Positions 12,801 through 23,078 of a DNA stretch of 64,000 bases are shown in pieces (position 1 is the stretch's first letter; each line of letters opens with the position of its first letter). This DNA is from Owenia fusiformis (taxonomy: Eukaryota), in the NCBI GenBank assembly GCA_903813345.2, contig CAIIXF020000001.1, positions 14,012,001-14,076,000 of the forward strand, read 5' to 3'. The translations under genes were made by a program, and so were the position numbers. The notes below the pieces were generated by a model. The model was not told where the DNA came from. It searched no databases and worked only from the letters and a program-made list of their open reading frames with translations.

Positions 12801-13627
12801 TGAATTCCCAGATCGAGGATATGATAAAAAACTGTGACATTTGCAAAACCCACAGAAATGCCAATCAAAGAGAACCTATGATTCCACATAAGGTTCCTAT
12901 GCGCCCCTGGGAAAAGATAGGTGTTGACCTATTCTCACATAACAACAAGGATTACCTAATTGGAGTAGACTACTACAGCAAGTACCCTGAGCTGTACTCA
13001 CTCACCAGCACCAAGGCAAAACCCATCATAAATTGCCTAAAAGCCTCGTTCAGCAGAAATGGTATTCCCCAAACAGTATTCAGTGACAATGGTCCACCAT
13101 TTCAATCATCAGAATATGTGAAATTCAGCGAAGACTACAACTTCGACATTGCTACATCAAGCCCGAATCTAGCAAATAGCAATGGCCAAATTGAAAGGAC
13201 AATTCAGACTGTAAAAAATATTATCAGAAAATCAGATGATATTTTCACAGCCATGCTGAATTTGAGAAACACCCCAATTGATGCGAAGATCAACAAATCC
13301 CCAGCAGAATTACTTATGGGTAGAAAACTGCGATCTAAAATTCCTACAAGTGATGTTCTACTGAATCCCCAAAGCCCAGATCCCAACGTTCGCACAAAAC
13401 TTCAGCAGAAAAAGCAGATGGAGAAGAGAAAGTATGACCTCCGCGCTCGTCCCCTTGCCCCTCTTCAACCTAATACCCCTGTCAAAGTCCGTGAGAAAAG
13501 GAACAATAAATACATCTGGAGAAATGCAACAGTGACTGAGAAACTAGATTCGCCCAGATCATATCTAGTTGAAACCCCAGATGGAGGACAATTTAGAAGG
13601 AATAGGAGACATTTAATTCCAGCATAA
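9812..13627 (+). CDS. Gag-Pol polyprotein (gag with two Cys/His knuckles, protease, RT, RNase H, integrase), 1271 aa
   Basis: Zinc knuckles CDNCGLIH...C and CNGCLKFGHFKRCC; protease DTGA; RT LPYG...QVDD; RNase H DSS...YSQIEKE...TDHKPL; integrase HxxH/CDIC, SDNG, NGQIER. Domain order PR-RT-RH-IN is Gypsy-type. Confidence 0.96.
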   Translation: MASGYSKIVKELDFYGPNLSEDWKRWRELIELMFDSPDATKWKEQEKAAQILLLIGEKGRDICRSWIATGVLSESQKKESKTLLDKFEEYCTPKKNRSIQRKMFYECYQSKDESIDEFVTKLRLIGRDCKFPDLDEMIADMILTHCHSTQVQEKLLRYEEDLTLDHALKIARLYEQSNVHKNSLNSRTESGHEEVSIVKKSQSQRCDNCGLIHRGGTCPAANEQCNGCLKFGHFKRCCRSGKSSEKDSRQRRQGKSGKRRNPRKVNQVEESVSSEDEVYLGSVTTEIPDTQTSKIAQIPAKTPDIPNSKSWIIQLKTGGHTLTAKVDTGAQANVISHALFKRLRHPPMKASTTRLFTYNRQPLDVMGECDMPCNFEGINYKVKFIVIKEKADTLISLQSAILFGLVSRSNISTVGSDSTLTTDQLVSNYSYLFEGLGCLPSKVHITLEENVTPVVHPPYKVAVHQRDKLKTELERMQKQGVIAKVDEPTDWVNNIVLVEKSDKSLRICLDPANLNKVIKREPYPTATTEEISTRLKGATRFTKLDATTSFWQLELDHESSLLTCFNTPFGRYRFTRLPYGLNISTEKFQMEVCKVLEGIDGVEVQVDDILISGKDEEQLKHRMEAVFQRASENNLKFNRKKCQFNVPSVTYVGHTWSRDGLSIPDDRIKAIVEMKTPTDKQSLSRFLGMVNYVAKFVPRLSELNAPLRELLKEDIIFEWNKPQIEAYEQLKKLITTAPVLKFYDPNKPSVLNVDSSKDGLGAVLLQDDMPVCYASKSLTPAQQNYSQIEKEMTSICFGATKFHQYLYGKPFVVETDHKPLEVIAKKALNKAPARLQRMLLQMQKYDVTIKWKPGKDMVISDTLSRACVDSDTESSKIIASIMNDIDRQADGLLQALPMSKPKQQEYRNATSNDPVLQRIMEYCRIGWPEKTDVHESVMPYYTFHDELSTVDGLVFKGLKLVIPTSMRDEVKSLIHENHMGIVKTKSIARETLYWPNMNSQIEDMIKNCDICKTHRNANQREPMIPHKVPMRPWEKIGVDLFSHNNKDYLIGVDYYSKYPELYSLTSTKAKPIINCLKASFSRNGIPQTVFSDNGPPFQSSEYVKFSEDYNFDIATSSPNLANSNGQIERTIQTVKNIIRKSDDIFTAMLNLRNTPIDAKINKSPAELLMGRKLRSKIPTSDVLLNPQSPDPNVRTKLQQKKQMEKRKYDLRARPLAPLQPNTPVKVREKRNNKYIWRNATVTEKLDSPRSYLVETPDGGQFRRNRRHLIPA

Positions 13628-13984
13628 AATGTGTGAAATGACTGTCAATAATATAGTGTAGACCCAAGACTGGAAGTGAAATGGAAATATCCATATTTGC
13701 AATGAAGGTCAAGGATAGACCAAATTAGCATATCAAAATAAACATTGTAGTAAGACTGTAGTAAACTCTTAGGTCAAGAACCTCATTAGCATGTAGTACA
13801 AACATATGCACTGGACATTTTATCAATGAATACTAAAGTTCATGAGACAGGTCAGATAGTTCAAATTACATGGCTTGTAAAGTTTAAATGAGCTCCCTAA
13901 CAAAATATTCAGAATTAGTAATGATCATATTTCAATGAGATGACTGTTAAAAATTTAACTTGTTTTAAACTAAAAGAAGGGAGA

Positions 13985-14164
13985 TGTTATGTATCTGGTT
14001 TCAGTACTGGTCATTAAGACATGTAAGATATCTGATACCCTTAACTGAGATTACCATGCTTATAGCAGACACTTGTAAGTCTGGCTTCCTACTAGAAACA
14101 CATTAACTATGTAGTTCTTATATTATGTTTGATGTATAATAAAGTCTTGATACAAAACACAACA
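13985..14164 (+). repeat. 3' LTR
   Basis: Follows the polypurine tract, identical to the 5' LTR, followed by the GTAAC TSD. Confidence 0.96.
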
Positions 14165-14439
14165 GTAACCGATGTCATAGTTTATGTTATATTACGTCAT
14201 ATCTTCATCACAAACACAACATATGACATCGTGATCGTTGCTTAGATGATTTGCCATATAAGGTAATAATGGCGGACTTTTGGTCACGTGACTGGTCGAC
14301 AGTCGGTCCATAGAACGAATGGCTCCGCCCACTTCGTGGGGGGCCTTCGTAAAAATCAATGTTGAATATGATTAAAGCATAAAATATGATTAATCTCATT
14401 TAAAGTAAACAAAAAGACCAATAGGGCTACAGTCGAAAT

Positions 14440-15350
14440 GTTGATGCATGCGCAGACCTCTATTTAGTGATATTTTCATTTCAAATATGGCGGCCAATCC
14501 GATGTCTGACGACCCTTACAAAGAATCTAGGCAGTTTGCATTTTTACCTCCTGTGAAATAACAAGTGGAATTTAGTAGTTGTTTTGTGTTTTATTATCAT
14601 TCTGCATCGTAATTCTATGTGATGTGGTGTTGAAATGTCAGCAGAAATACATATCCATACGATAATCGAGTGAATCAGATAACAGATTTTTCGAAAACCC
14701 GTCTCGTGCTAAGAGTGTAAAAACTTGTATTAACATGCTCAAAAGTGCCAATGTGCACATCAATGTCAAGCTAAATCAATGTTGTGTCTAAAACAGGTAC
14801 CCGATCTACTCAAAACAGCTTGTCATTCAAGTATACACGCTTAGCAAACACGGCGAAATGACCTGAATCTTGGAATTTCGTTCAAGAGCTAGTAATGTTT
14901 GCTCCGGTCTTCGTCATAAGTGTTCATCAGACTTCACGCATGCGCAGGGGAAAAACCATCAACCAATAAGGTTTATAAATCAATTTTGCGCATGCACCTT
15001 ACAACGGTAAACAAATTCGTATTTATAAACAAACCAGTTTGAGATAACCCGATATCAGTCGGAGAAATCTGACGATCTACGAAACTCACTTCAAAAAATC
15101 AAATGCGGACTGACGGCGTATTCTACTATGTTTGGATCTAAGATTTTCAGTATAGATAAAGTCTTTTATGATCTTTCGAATGAGGTAAGTCTCTAGTTCG
15201 AAAGACAATCGTATCAACTTGAACAAAAGTTGAGTTTTGACGAAAAATTTTAACATGCGCAGAAGTCCCATTTTCGTTGTACCATATTGACTGAATAAGA
15301 AAAAGAGGTAGCAAAATGTTCTCTGAGTGTTGCATTGTGGGTAATTATAC
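14440..15350 (+). promoter_or_regulatory. Probable promoter and non-coding first exon of the MACIR-like gene
   Basis: Several GCATGCGCA (NRF1-like) motifs, ATGGCGGCC (YY1-like) near 14487, a ZNF143-like motif near 15330. A strong donor GAG|GTAAGT at 15184/15185 could splice to the acceptor TTGCAG|G at 16236/16237. Confidence 0.45.
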
Positions 15351-16259
15351 AAGAACACATTCCAATAAAAAATAAAATTTGTGGGAGAATCATGTTCTTA
15401 TTTTGGGTTATTTCTTAAAATCATACATGAAAAACACAAAACAAGTTTTTTCTTGGAATGTGTACAGGAAGCAATATTTTCTCAAATTTTTCGGAGGACT
15501 GGGTTTCGGACAACTGGGGTGTACCCGTTTCACCGACACAGGTTTTACTGTATTTCTACTTCTTTATTAAACATTCATGGTAATGTGAAGTCGTGACAAG
15601 CTTGTCTCTATACTGTATATACTCTGTAAACCCTCTGGTAATCAAATTATTTTCTGACCAGGCCAGTCATGTTTCTATTGTCAATGTCTTATTTGCCACA
15701 GTGATAATCCTCATAATTGCCAAAATTTCATTACATTATCAAAATGCTTGCTTTACTGAATAATACATAGTGTATCAGCAATTTCTACAGTTGGTGATTG
15801 ATTTTGGTGAGCCTACATTATTCATAATCACAATCAGTTAATGCAATGGCTAGGCACTAGGCACACACAACGGCAAAAGGATTTCATTTGCAATATGAAA
15901 TAGAAACATATCAAAAGCAGGAAAGTTTAAAAGAATATTTTCCAGAATTCGCCATCAGAAATTGTGATACAAAATACAACAGGACAGGCAAGTCACATAA
16001 CATGCCTGTCCACTCGTCTTTAGGGTATCTTGGTATCCATTGTGATATGCAGTGCTCTCTTGTAATTTTTAGTAAGACATTTTTGAGTTTTGAAATTCTT
16101 ATGTGTAACATTTCAAAATTATTGAGATTTTATCAGAGGGAATTCTGGGAGTATTAGGAATTAATTGTTGCTGCCCCCAAGCCATTTTAATGTGGGGGAG
16201 ACCCCTGATACTATAATTTCTGAACTTGTTTTGCAGGTTGATTGAATGATCAAAGCACA

Positions 16260-17084
16260 ATGGAGGCAAGGAATCATCCATGCTATTGCTGCAGTCGTTA
16301 CCAGGGCTTACAAAGGGACATAATGCCAATGAATCTCGATAGTGCCCTGAATGAACTAGGAATGCTGAGCTCAGTTACAGAGAGCAGGAAACAATATCTC
16401 AGTGAGAGGAATCGTAACCATAATAGATCTAAATCTGAGCAGGGCACTAGTAGTAGCCAACTTCCCGACACCGGTGATAATGCTATGTCTAGTACAGGAT
16501 CTGAGAGTAGTAATAGCCTTTCAAAAGGATATCAAATTGTTAAGATTAATCCACAATATGTGACATCATTGAATTCGGGTAATCGCCCAATGAAAATTGA
16601 ACAAATAGGCAGCAAAAAAGACCCCGGGCATTCTATATGTCACGGTCGCAAATTTATGCCTGATAGTTTAGAATCTGAAGCAAGAGGAAGTAGGTTAACT
16701 CGTGTTAAGTTCTCCCGGATTAAACGCTTTAAAAAACCATATGATGTGCCATGGCGGTTTTCGTTTGATTATGCCAATTTGACGAGCCCAGATATGGGAG
16801 AAGGGCTCAACAGCTCATCTCCAACCAGTACCAATGCAAGGGAGAGTCCTTCCCTCTCTTCCATTCATGCCAGTCCCACCAAATTTGCAGTAAGGAGTAC
16901 CTCAAATTCCAACACCCCCGAAAAAAAGCAAAATGGCCGTGACCGTGGGAGCCTGGTTAGATCAAGGTCTCTCGATGACTTGGATTTATCTAAATTGAAT
17001 TTAATGGACAAGCAGTATAATGTACAGGAAAGTAAAGAGATTGAGAAAATGTCCCAGAATTTTCTAAATCTTCACGTGGACTAA
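16260..17084 (+). CDS. MACIR: MACIR / C5orf30 (UNC119-binding protein) homolog, single coding exon, 274 aa
   Basis: First in-frame ATG is at 16260, after an in-frame stop and a splice acceptor. Blocks GYQIVKINPQYV, ARGSRL...KPYDVP, SRSLDDLDLSKL and EIEKMSQNFLNL parallel remembered MACIR blocks (GYQILHMDSNYL, ARSSRL..QPYEIP, SKSLDYLNLDKM). Confidence 0.75.
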   Translation: MEARNHPCYCCSRYQGLQRDIMPMNLDSALNELGMLSSVTESRKQYLSERNRNHNRSKSEQGTSSSQLPDTGDNAMSSTGSESSNSLSKGYQIVKINPQYVTSLNSGNRPMKIEQIGSKKDPGHSICHGRKFMPDSLESEARGSRLTRVKFSRIKRFKKPYDVPWRFSFDYANLTSPDMGEGLNSSSPTSTNARESPSLSSIHASPTKFAVRSTSNSNTPEKKQNGRDRGSLVRSRSLDDLDLSKLNLMDKQYNVQESKEIEKMSQNFLNLHVD

Positions 17085-17399
17085 TTTGAAGAACAATGAA
17101 TTCAATAAATTCTCTCACCATTCCATGTCAGTATTATTAATATGCTCCACTATAATTGTTGTCAGCTGAGTGTGCAATGTTTCATAACTTCAGAGTGAAA
17201 TAATGCTCAACGTTTTTAATGCAGTCAATATAATCGTTAATATTGTACCTTGGATTAATTTCAAATTTTCAAATTTATAATTTTTGGACAACTATTTGGT
17301 GACTGGGCAATGAGTAATTGAACTCAGCTCAATTTCTGTATTTGAATCGACCAGGTTACAGTAGGCTAATTGTGATTCAAACCATTGGCCCAATTAATG

Positions 17400-17535
17400 G
17401 CTTGGTCATATTTGCTCCGATTTTCACTACAGCGTCCAGCTGATTGAGTATTTTGTTCAAAATTGAATACAATATTCAGGAAAACACTCAATCGGCTGGG
17501 TGGCGGCCAATGGATCGGAGCAAATGTGACCCATG
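17400..17535. repeat. Short palindromic MITE-like element
   Basis: ggtcatatttgctccgat...atcggagcaaatgtgacc, plus an inner inverted repeat. Confidence 0.5.
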
Positions 17536-17581
17536 CATTACAGGGTACTCACATGAATTTAAGAGACTTATAACAGTTTAA

Positions 17582-19047
17582 CCCTTTCTCTACGCACCCC
17601 ATGCAGACAGATCACCTAAAATTACATTTGTATGATGTGAGAATCGACATTCACCAGGAAATTACAAATATTTTGCCACACATGCAGCAAATTAATTTTT
17701 ACTGCTTAACAAATGGTGAATGACAGTCAGATTGAGTTCTATAAGTATGAGTATTACATACCTAGCGAAGCATTTGTATGGAAGTCAATGGGAAAGTTAG
17801 CGAGCTATATCCACCGATATTGCCCGATTACCCCGATATAGCCCGCTTACCTCGTTTTGATATTAGATTTCTTTAATAACCATGATAATATCATGACGTC
17901 ACGTCATTGATACAAAGTAACCATGGGAACAAAGGCATGTAATACATCAGTTATGTCACTATGACGTGAAATGGAATCAATATGTTTACCATATTTCACG
18001 TCATAGTGACATAACCTCTAAGAATAGCATGACGTCTTGATATTTCAAGGTAACTCGTTGGAATAGTGATGGCGCTGATTGAAATTACGATGTAAAGATA
18101 AAACCGCAACGAAATATTTGTAGATTTCTTTGAAAAACTTAGAAATATACATCACATATCGAATTTCTCAAAACAGAAAAAAACATTTATAAATAGTAAG
18201 GCCTGCAGGTCGGATTCTTCCTGGTAGCATTAACATTGGTCTAGTATATGTCATACAATTAATATTTGAAACACAACTATTATTCAAACTTATGATGGGA
18301 CATAAGTATGATATGTACTTCAAGGTAATAAAATAATACGAGTATCACTGTATCATACTAATGTTCGATCATAAGTTTGAATAATAGTTGAGTTTCAAAT
18401 ATTAATTGTGTGACATATACGAGACCAATGTCAATGCTACCAGGAGGAATCAGACCTACAGGTCTTACTATTTATACATGTTTTTTTGTGTTTCGAAAAA
18501 TTCTATTTGTGACATATATTTCTTAGTTTTTCAAAGAAATCTACAAATATTTTGTTGCGTTTTTTTTCCATCGTAATTTCAATTACCGCCATCACTTTTC
18601 AAACGCTGTTACCTTGAAATATCAAGACATCATGCCATTCTCATACTTATAGAACTTAATTTGGCTGTCATTCACCATTTATTAAGCAGTAAATATTAAT
18701 TTGCTCCATGGGTGATAAATTATTTCAAGTTTCCTGGTGAATGTCGAGTCTCACATCATACGAATGTAATTATAGGGTGCTACGATAGGCTCCATATGGA
18801 GCCATATTAACTACATAATATCTTTCAGGACAATAGGCTCCTATTGGCACCATTATTTTTCTTCATCAATAAAATGGCGATATTTGCAGTTCTATTTAGT
18901 ATTTTAACACCAAATTTTGACAAGTTATTGAAAATTCAGAGAATATGTCCCGGGGTATATGTAATTTGCAGTTTTTCTCTGAAAAAACGCTCTTACTTTT
19001 CCGTCACCAGGCCAACATTTTCCTCTTATATTCATGTCTGGAAAGGG
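17582..19047. mobile_element. piggyBac-like non-autonomous element containing a long foldback
   Basis: TTAA|CCCTTTC...GAAAGGG|TTAA. Internal inverted arms at about 17620-17750 plus 18022-18297 pair with 18368-18770. Confidence 0.65.
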
Positions 19048-20040
19048 TTAAGGGTTTTACATTCACCATTATGATTAATTCAACAGCTTAAAATGCTTGA
19101 AGAGTATCATGATGAAGTCTGTTTAGGACCTATGATCTCAGACTAAAATCCTAGAGGGTACCTGTGGTGTACATGTATAGCAAATAAACCAAAGCAGTAT
19201 CGCTGGCCAATTAACCATTCAGTGTTGTTATTGCTCAAAGTACAACTATAACAAATTTTGAAAACAGCTCTGAAAATTAAAGACAAAAGCTCATTCATTT
19301 TTCAATCTCACAAGACAATTGATTGTCTATTCTGACCAGTCACTTACTTTCCTGTTAAATTGACACTTTGAGATTGGAAAATGAATTATTGAGCTATACA
19401 TTAGTGATGTATTGGCAGTTCTCAAAATATTGTTTACCAAAACTCTATTTCAAAAGTCTATTTCTTCCAACGTTACCATGTTTCAGTCATAAAGATGAAA
19501 CTTGGCAAATGAATGTAATGATAATTATAATACTATGGAATTATTTAATTTATAATTTTTGTATGTTTTTAAAACATAAATTATGAATACATTCAGAATT
19601 GTAAGTGATATAAAATAATCCAAATAAACTATTGTGTAGTGAGCTCAATTTCAACTGAACATTTATCTCAAACAATTGAAATATGAATTTAAGGTCTTAA
19701 AGACATTAAATTACATGAATTACAGCACATGTATTTACTATTTAAGAATCTGAACTACAAAATTAAAGTGTGTGTGTTTTTAAATGTATTATACAACTGT
19801 TGGGTTTGATTTCTATAATATTTGGTAAATAAATGAGAATAAAATAAATATGATGAAAATTGACAAATGACTTGATTGTAAATAATAATATGCCCATATT
19901 ATTCTCATGTCTAGAAATTGGTCCCAAACCAATTTTGACTCACTGTGCTAAAACAATGATTAACCATGACCCCATTTAAATAAATGGCATATCATTAAAA
20001 AGATGAGAAATGTGGCTTCAGGTGCATTGAATGAAAATCA

Positions 20041-21429
20041 GAACAACGGCAACGCCAAAGCGTAGCGAATCCCATCGAACAGAAATGGCTGGCATTTTTA
20101 CATACGAAATATATAGCAAATATCATAAAATAACACCCATAAGAAAGGCCACCATTTTCAAAATGGTTGATCACTTGCCAAGTTGTCATCAGAAGTAATA
20201 TGCTTTTAAGTAGCCACATTACATATAAAATTCTTAAAAGATTGCCAATGGTGGCCAAAATGGCCGCTTACTACTCAAAATGTCATAAGACAGTATGCAA
20301 TCCTTACGAGTATTCGCATATCAAATATGAACAAAATCGCTCTATCACTTTATGAGTTATAATAAAAATGTAAAATAACACACATAAAAATGGTGGCCAT
20401 TTTTCAAAATGGCCGACTACTCCGCAAAGTTTAATTAGACAATGTGCCATGCTTAAAGTATTCACATATCAAATATGAGCAAAATCGCTCCAATATTTTT
20501 CGAGTTATAGTAAAAAAAATGACAGCCTACTACGTGAAGTGTCATGAGACAGTGTGCTAGGCTTATGAGTATTCACATATCAAATATGAACAAAATAGCT
20601 TCAATACTGGTGGTAGAGCCCATGGTTATAGTAAAAAATGTAAAAATGGTGGCCATTTTTCAAAATGGCCGCCTACTACCCAAAGTGTCATTAGACAGTG
20701 TGCCATGCTTATAGTATTCACATATAAAATATGAACAAAATCGCTCTACTACTTTTTGAGTTATAGTAAAAAATGTAAAATAACACATGTAAAAATGGCG
20801 GCCATTTTTCAAAATGGCCGCCTACTACCCAAAATGTCATTAGACATTGTCCCATGCTTAAAGCATTGACATACCAAATATAAACAAAATCGCTCCACTA
20901 CTTTTTGACTTACAGTAAAAAATGTTAAATAACACACGTAAAAATGGCGGCCAACAATACTTCACCGAGCAATTCTACCCAAAATGTCATTAGACATTGT
21001 GCCATGCTTAAAGTATTCACATACCAAATATGAACAAAATCGCTCCACTACTTTTCAAGTTACAGCAAAAATCGAAAAATGACGTGCAAAGGCAGCCATT
21101 TTTCAAGATGGCTGCCATGTATTTCTTCTAAATTTACATTTCTAGCTTAATCAATGTCCTATATAACTTTTTACATTTAAAACATATTGCTATTACAGTT
21201 TTATATGCAGTACCTAAATTACTGTAAAATCGGCACTAAAATGGCCGCCATTTTTAAATGAGTGGCCATTTTGAAAATCGGTTTTCGAGCAGAACTTCTA
21301 CTTCTACCCCCATTGGGTATATGTGTACAAAATATGAACAAAATCGGGCCAATGGTATTTGAGTTATTGCCCGGACGTACGGACAGAGGCGTTCCCTATA
21401 TCCCTCCGAACATCGTTCGATGGGATAAA
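20041..21429 (+). mobile_element. Helentron-type non-autonomous element (HINE/DINE-like) with ~149-bp tandem core, family A
   Basis: Subterminal inverted repeat ATCCCATCGAAC (20069-20080) / GTTCGATGGGAT (21415-21426), end hairpin, GGAC microsatellite seed, internal tandem units. Confidence 0.75.
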
Positions 21430-22792
21430 TATGCAGTCATCCCTGGTTTTGCACTTTTACGACTTGTACATAGAACGTGGTAAAAGGACAGGTGAAGTAA
21501 GCCACTCTTAGCCCCCCTACATATATTGCGGGCAAGAAATTGAAGAAGTGTAACTTAAAATGTGATTTTTGATTTTGTCACTTTGGTTGTTTAAAGGTCA
21601 ATTTTCAGAGAAGGTATTTTTGTATTTTTTTCTTCCAGGCCCAAATACTGTACTCCCACTAATATTTGATGCTATTATATTTCGCATTTTTAAATTTTGA
21701 GGCTATTATATTTTTTTTTACTAATGAACCTCTTTGTTGGTGAAATTTTCTCTGATGGAAGTTCCATTTTGTCCTAGAAACGTCGTCTTTCTAACTAGTG
21801 TACATCTCTAGTTGAACTTCCGGTTGAATAATAATAATACAAGATTATGTGATGGCTGTAACTTTTCTCATCAGGTCAGCCTAGATCAGAGGCAGAATTC
21901 TCATTATCTTCAATTGAAAATGAGTGGTTGAGAGTTGATCAAATATTAGTGAGGTTGTGCTGCAATCTGCTATTAAAACAGCTGGGTGCAAATTGATTTC
22001 TTACTGAATGCCATGTAATTTGATCTTATCTGTTGATTTTTTGTTTTACTGGGACATGGATATCACCCAATAGCATTAGTGACAGGTCATTTTGGGGACT
22101 GATCAATTATTTTACCAACTTGTATTGAATGACCATGGAAAATAGTTATTTTGTATTTGGGAAATGTTGAGGCAAATGAAAATAAAGGCCAAATCAATAA
22201 CTCATTGGAGCAGATCTGAGCTTCCCAAGGTGATTGCCATTAATTTGGGATTAAACTAGATTATGGGAATTCCCTTAACTGTGGCTTGAGAAATTATATA
22301 AAGAGAAGGATTAATATGGCAATATACTACATTCTACTAAATCGGGTCTAAGTCATTTCTCAGTATTTTTATGAAAGGCAGAATCAGATCTATAAGGGGT
22401 GACAAAATTGCAAGCTTTATGTATAATTGAGCTACCAATGTGTCTCTTACTAACTCAAATATATTATCTCCCAAAAGATCTGTGATATGTTGTCAATTGG
22501 TTATTTAACATTTTTAAGTTATTTGAGATTCAAAGTGCACCAAAAATGGGTGTAAAATGTTTTATATGGACAATTAAATACATTAGTTTTCCTCAAATAA
22601 AGTTTACAATCTTAGAAAAAGACATGACAAGGAATGATTTGAGCTCAAAATTCTTGTAAAATATAAACATTTTTTTGTCAAATCATGGTGACGATGATTG
22701 ATCTGATACTGCCTTTAACATCAGACAATTTTGTGAAAAGTATTATTTTCAAAATATGAACTGTATGTATAGGGATTTGTAGGGCTTCATAA

Positions 22793-22916
22793 ACACAAGG
22801 CATTAACATACAAAATGTCACCACAGGCCATTTGTTACAGACGTCAATCACCAAACACTGTCCACAAAAGTTGGGAGACCATAACAATATGTCGGCACTT
22901 GTTGTGGTGACATAAT
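22793..22916 (+). mobile_element. Minimal Helentron-type element, family C
   Basis: Same ends as 51444-52337 (caaggcattaacat..aaaatgtcaccac / gagaccataacaatatgtc...gtggtgacataa) without the tandem core. Confidence 0.7.
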
Positions 22917-23078
22917 AAATAAACCAGTCGAAACTTTGTAGCCAGTTGGGTATCATGGGTGTGTATTTCAACCAGATCCTACTTGTAATTCTTGGTACTA
23001 TTCTCACATAACACTCAGATTTCACTTGGTAAGATTTATTTGCTGTATCTGTTACTGTACATATTATTAGCAAAGAGT

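Larger units (their letters stand above)
9583..14164 (+). mobile_element. Full-length Ty3/Gypsy LTR retrotransposon (Mag-like clade)
   Basis: Identical 180-bp TG..CA LTRs (9583-9762, 13985-14164), GTAAC TSD (9578-9582, 14165-14169), PBS at 9763, PPT AAAAGAAGGGAGA at 13972-13984, single gag-pol ORF. Confidence 0.97.
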
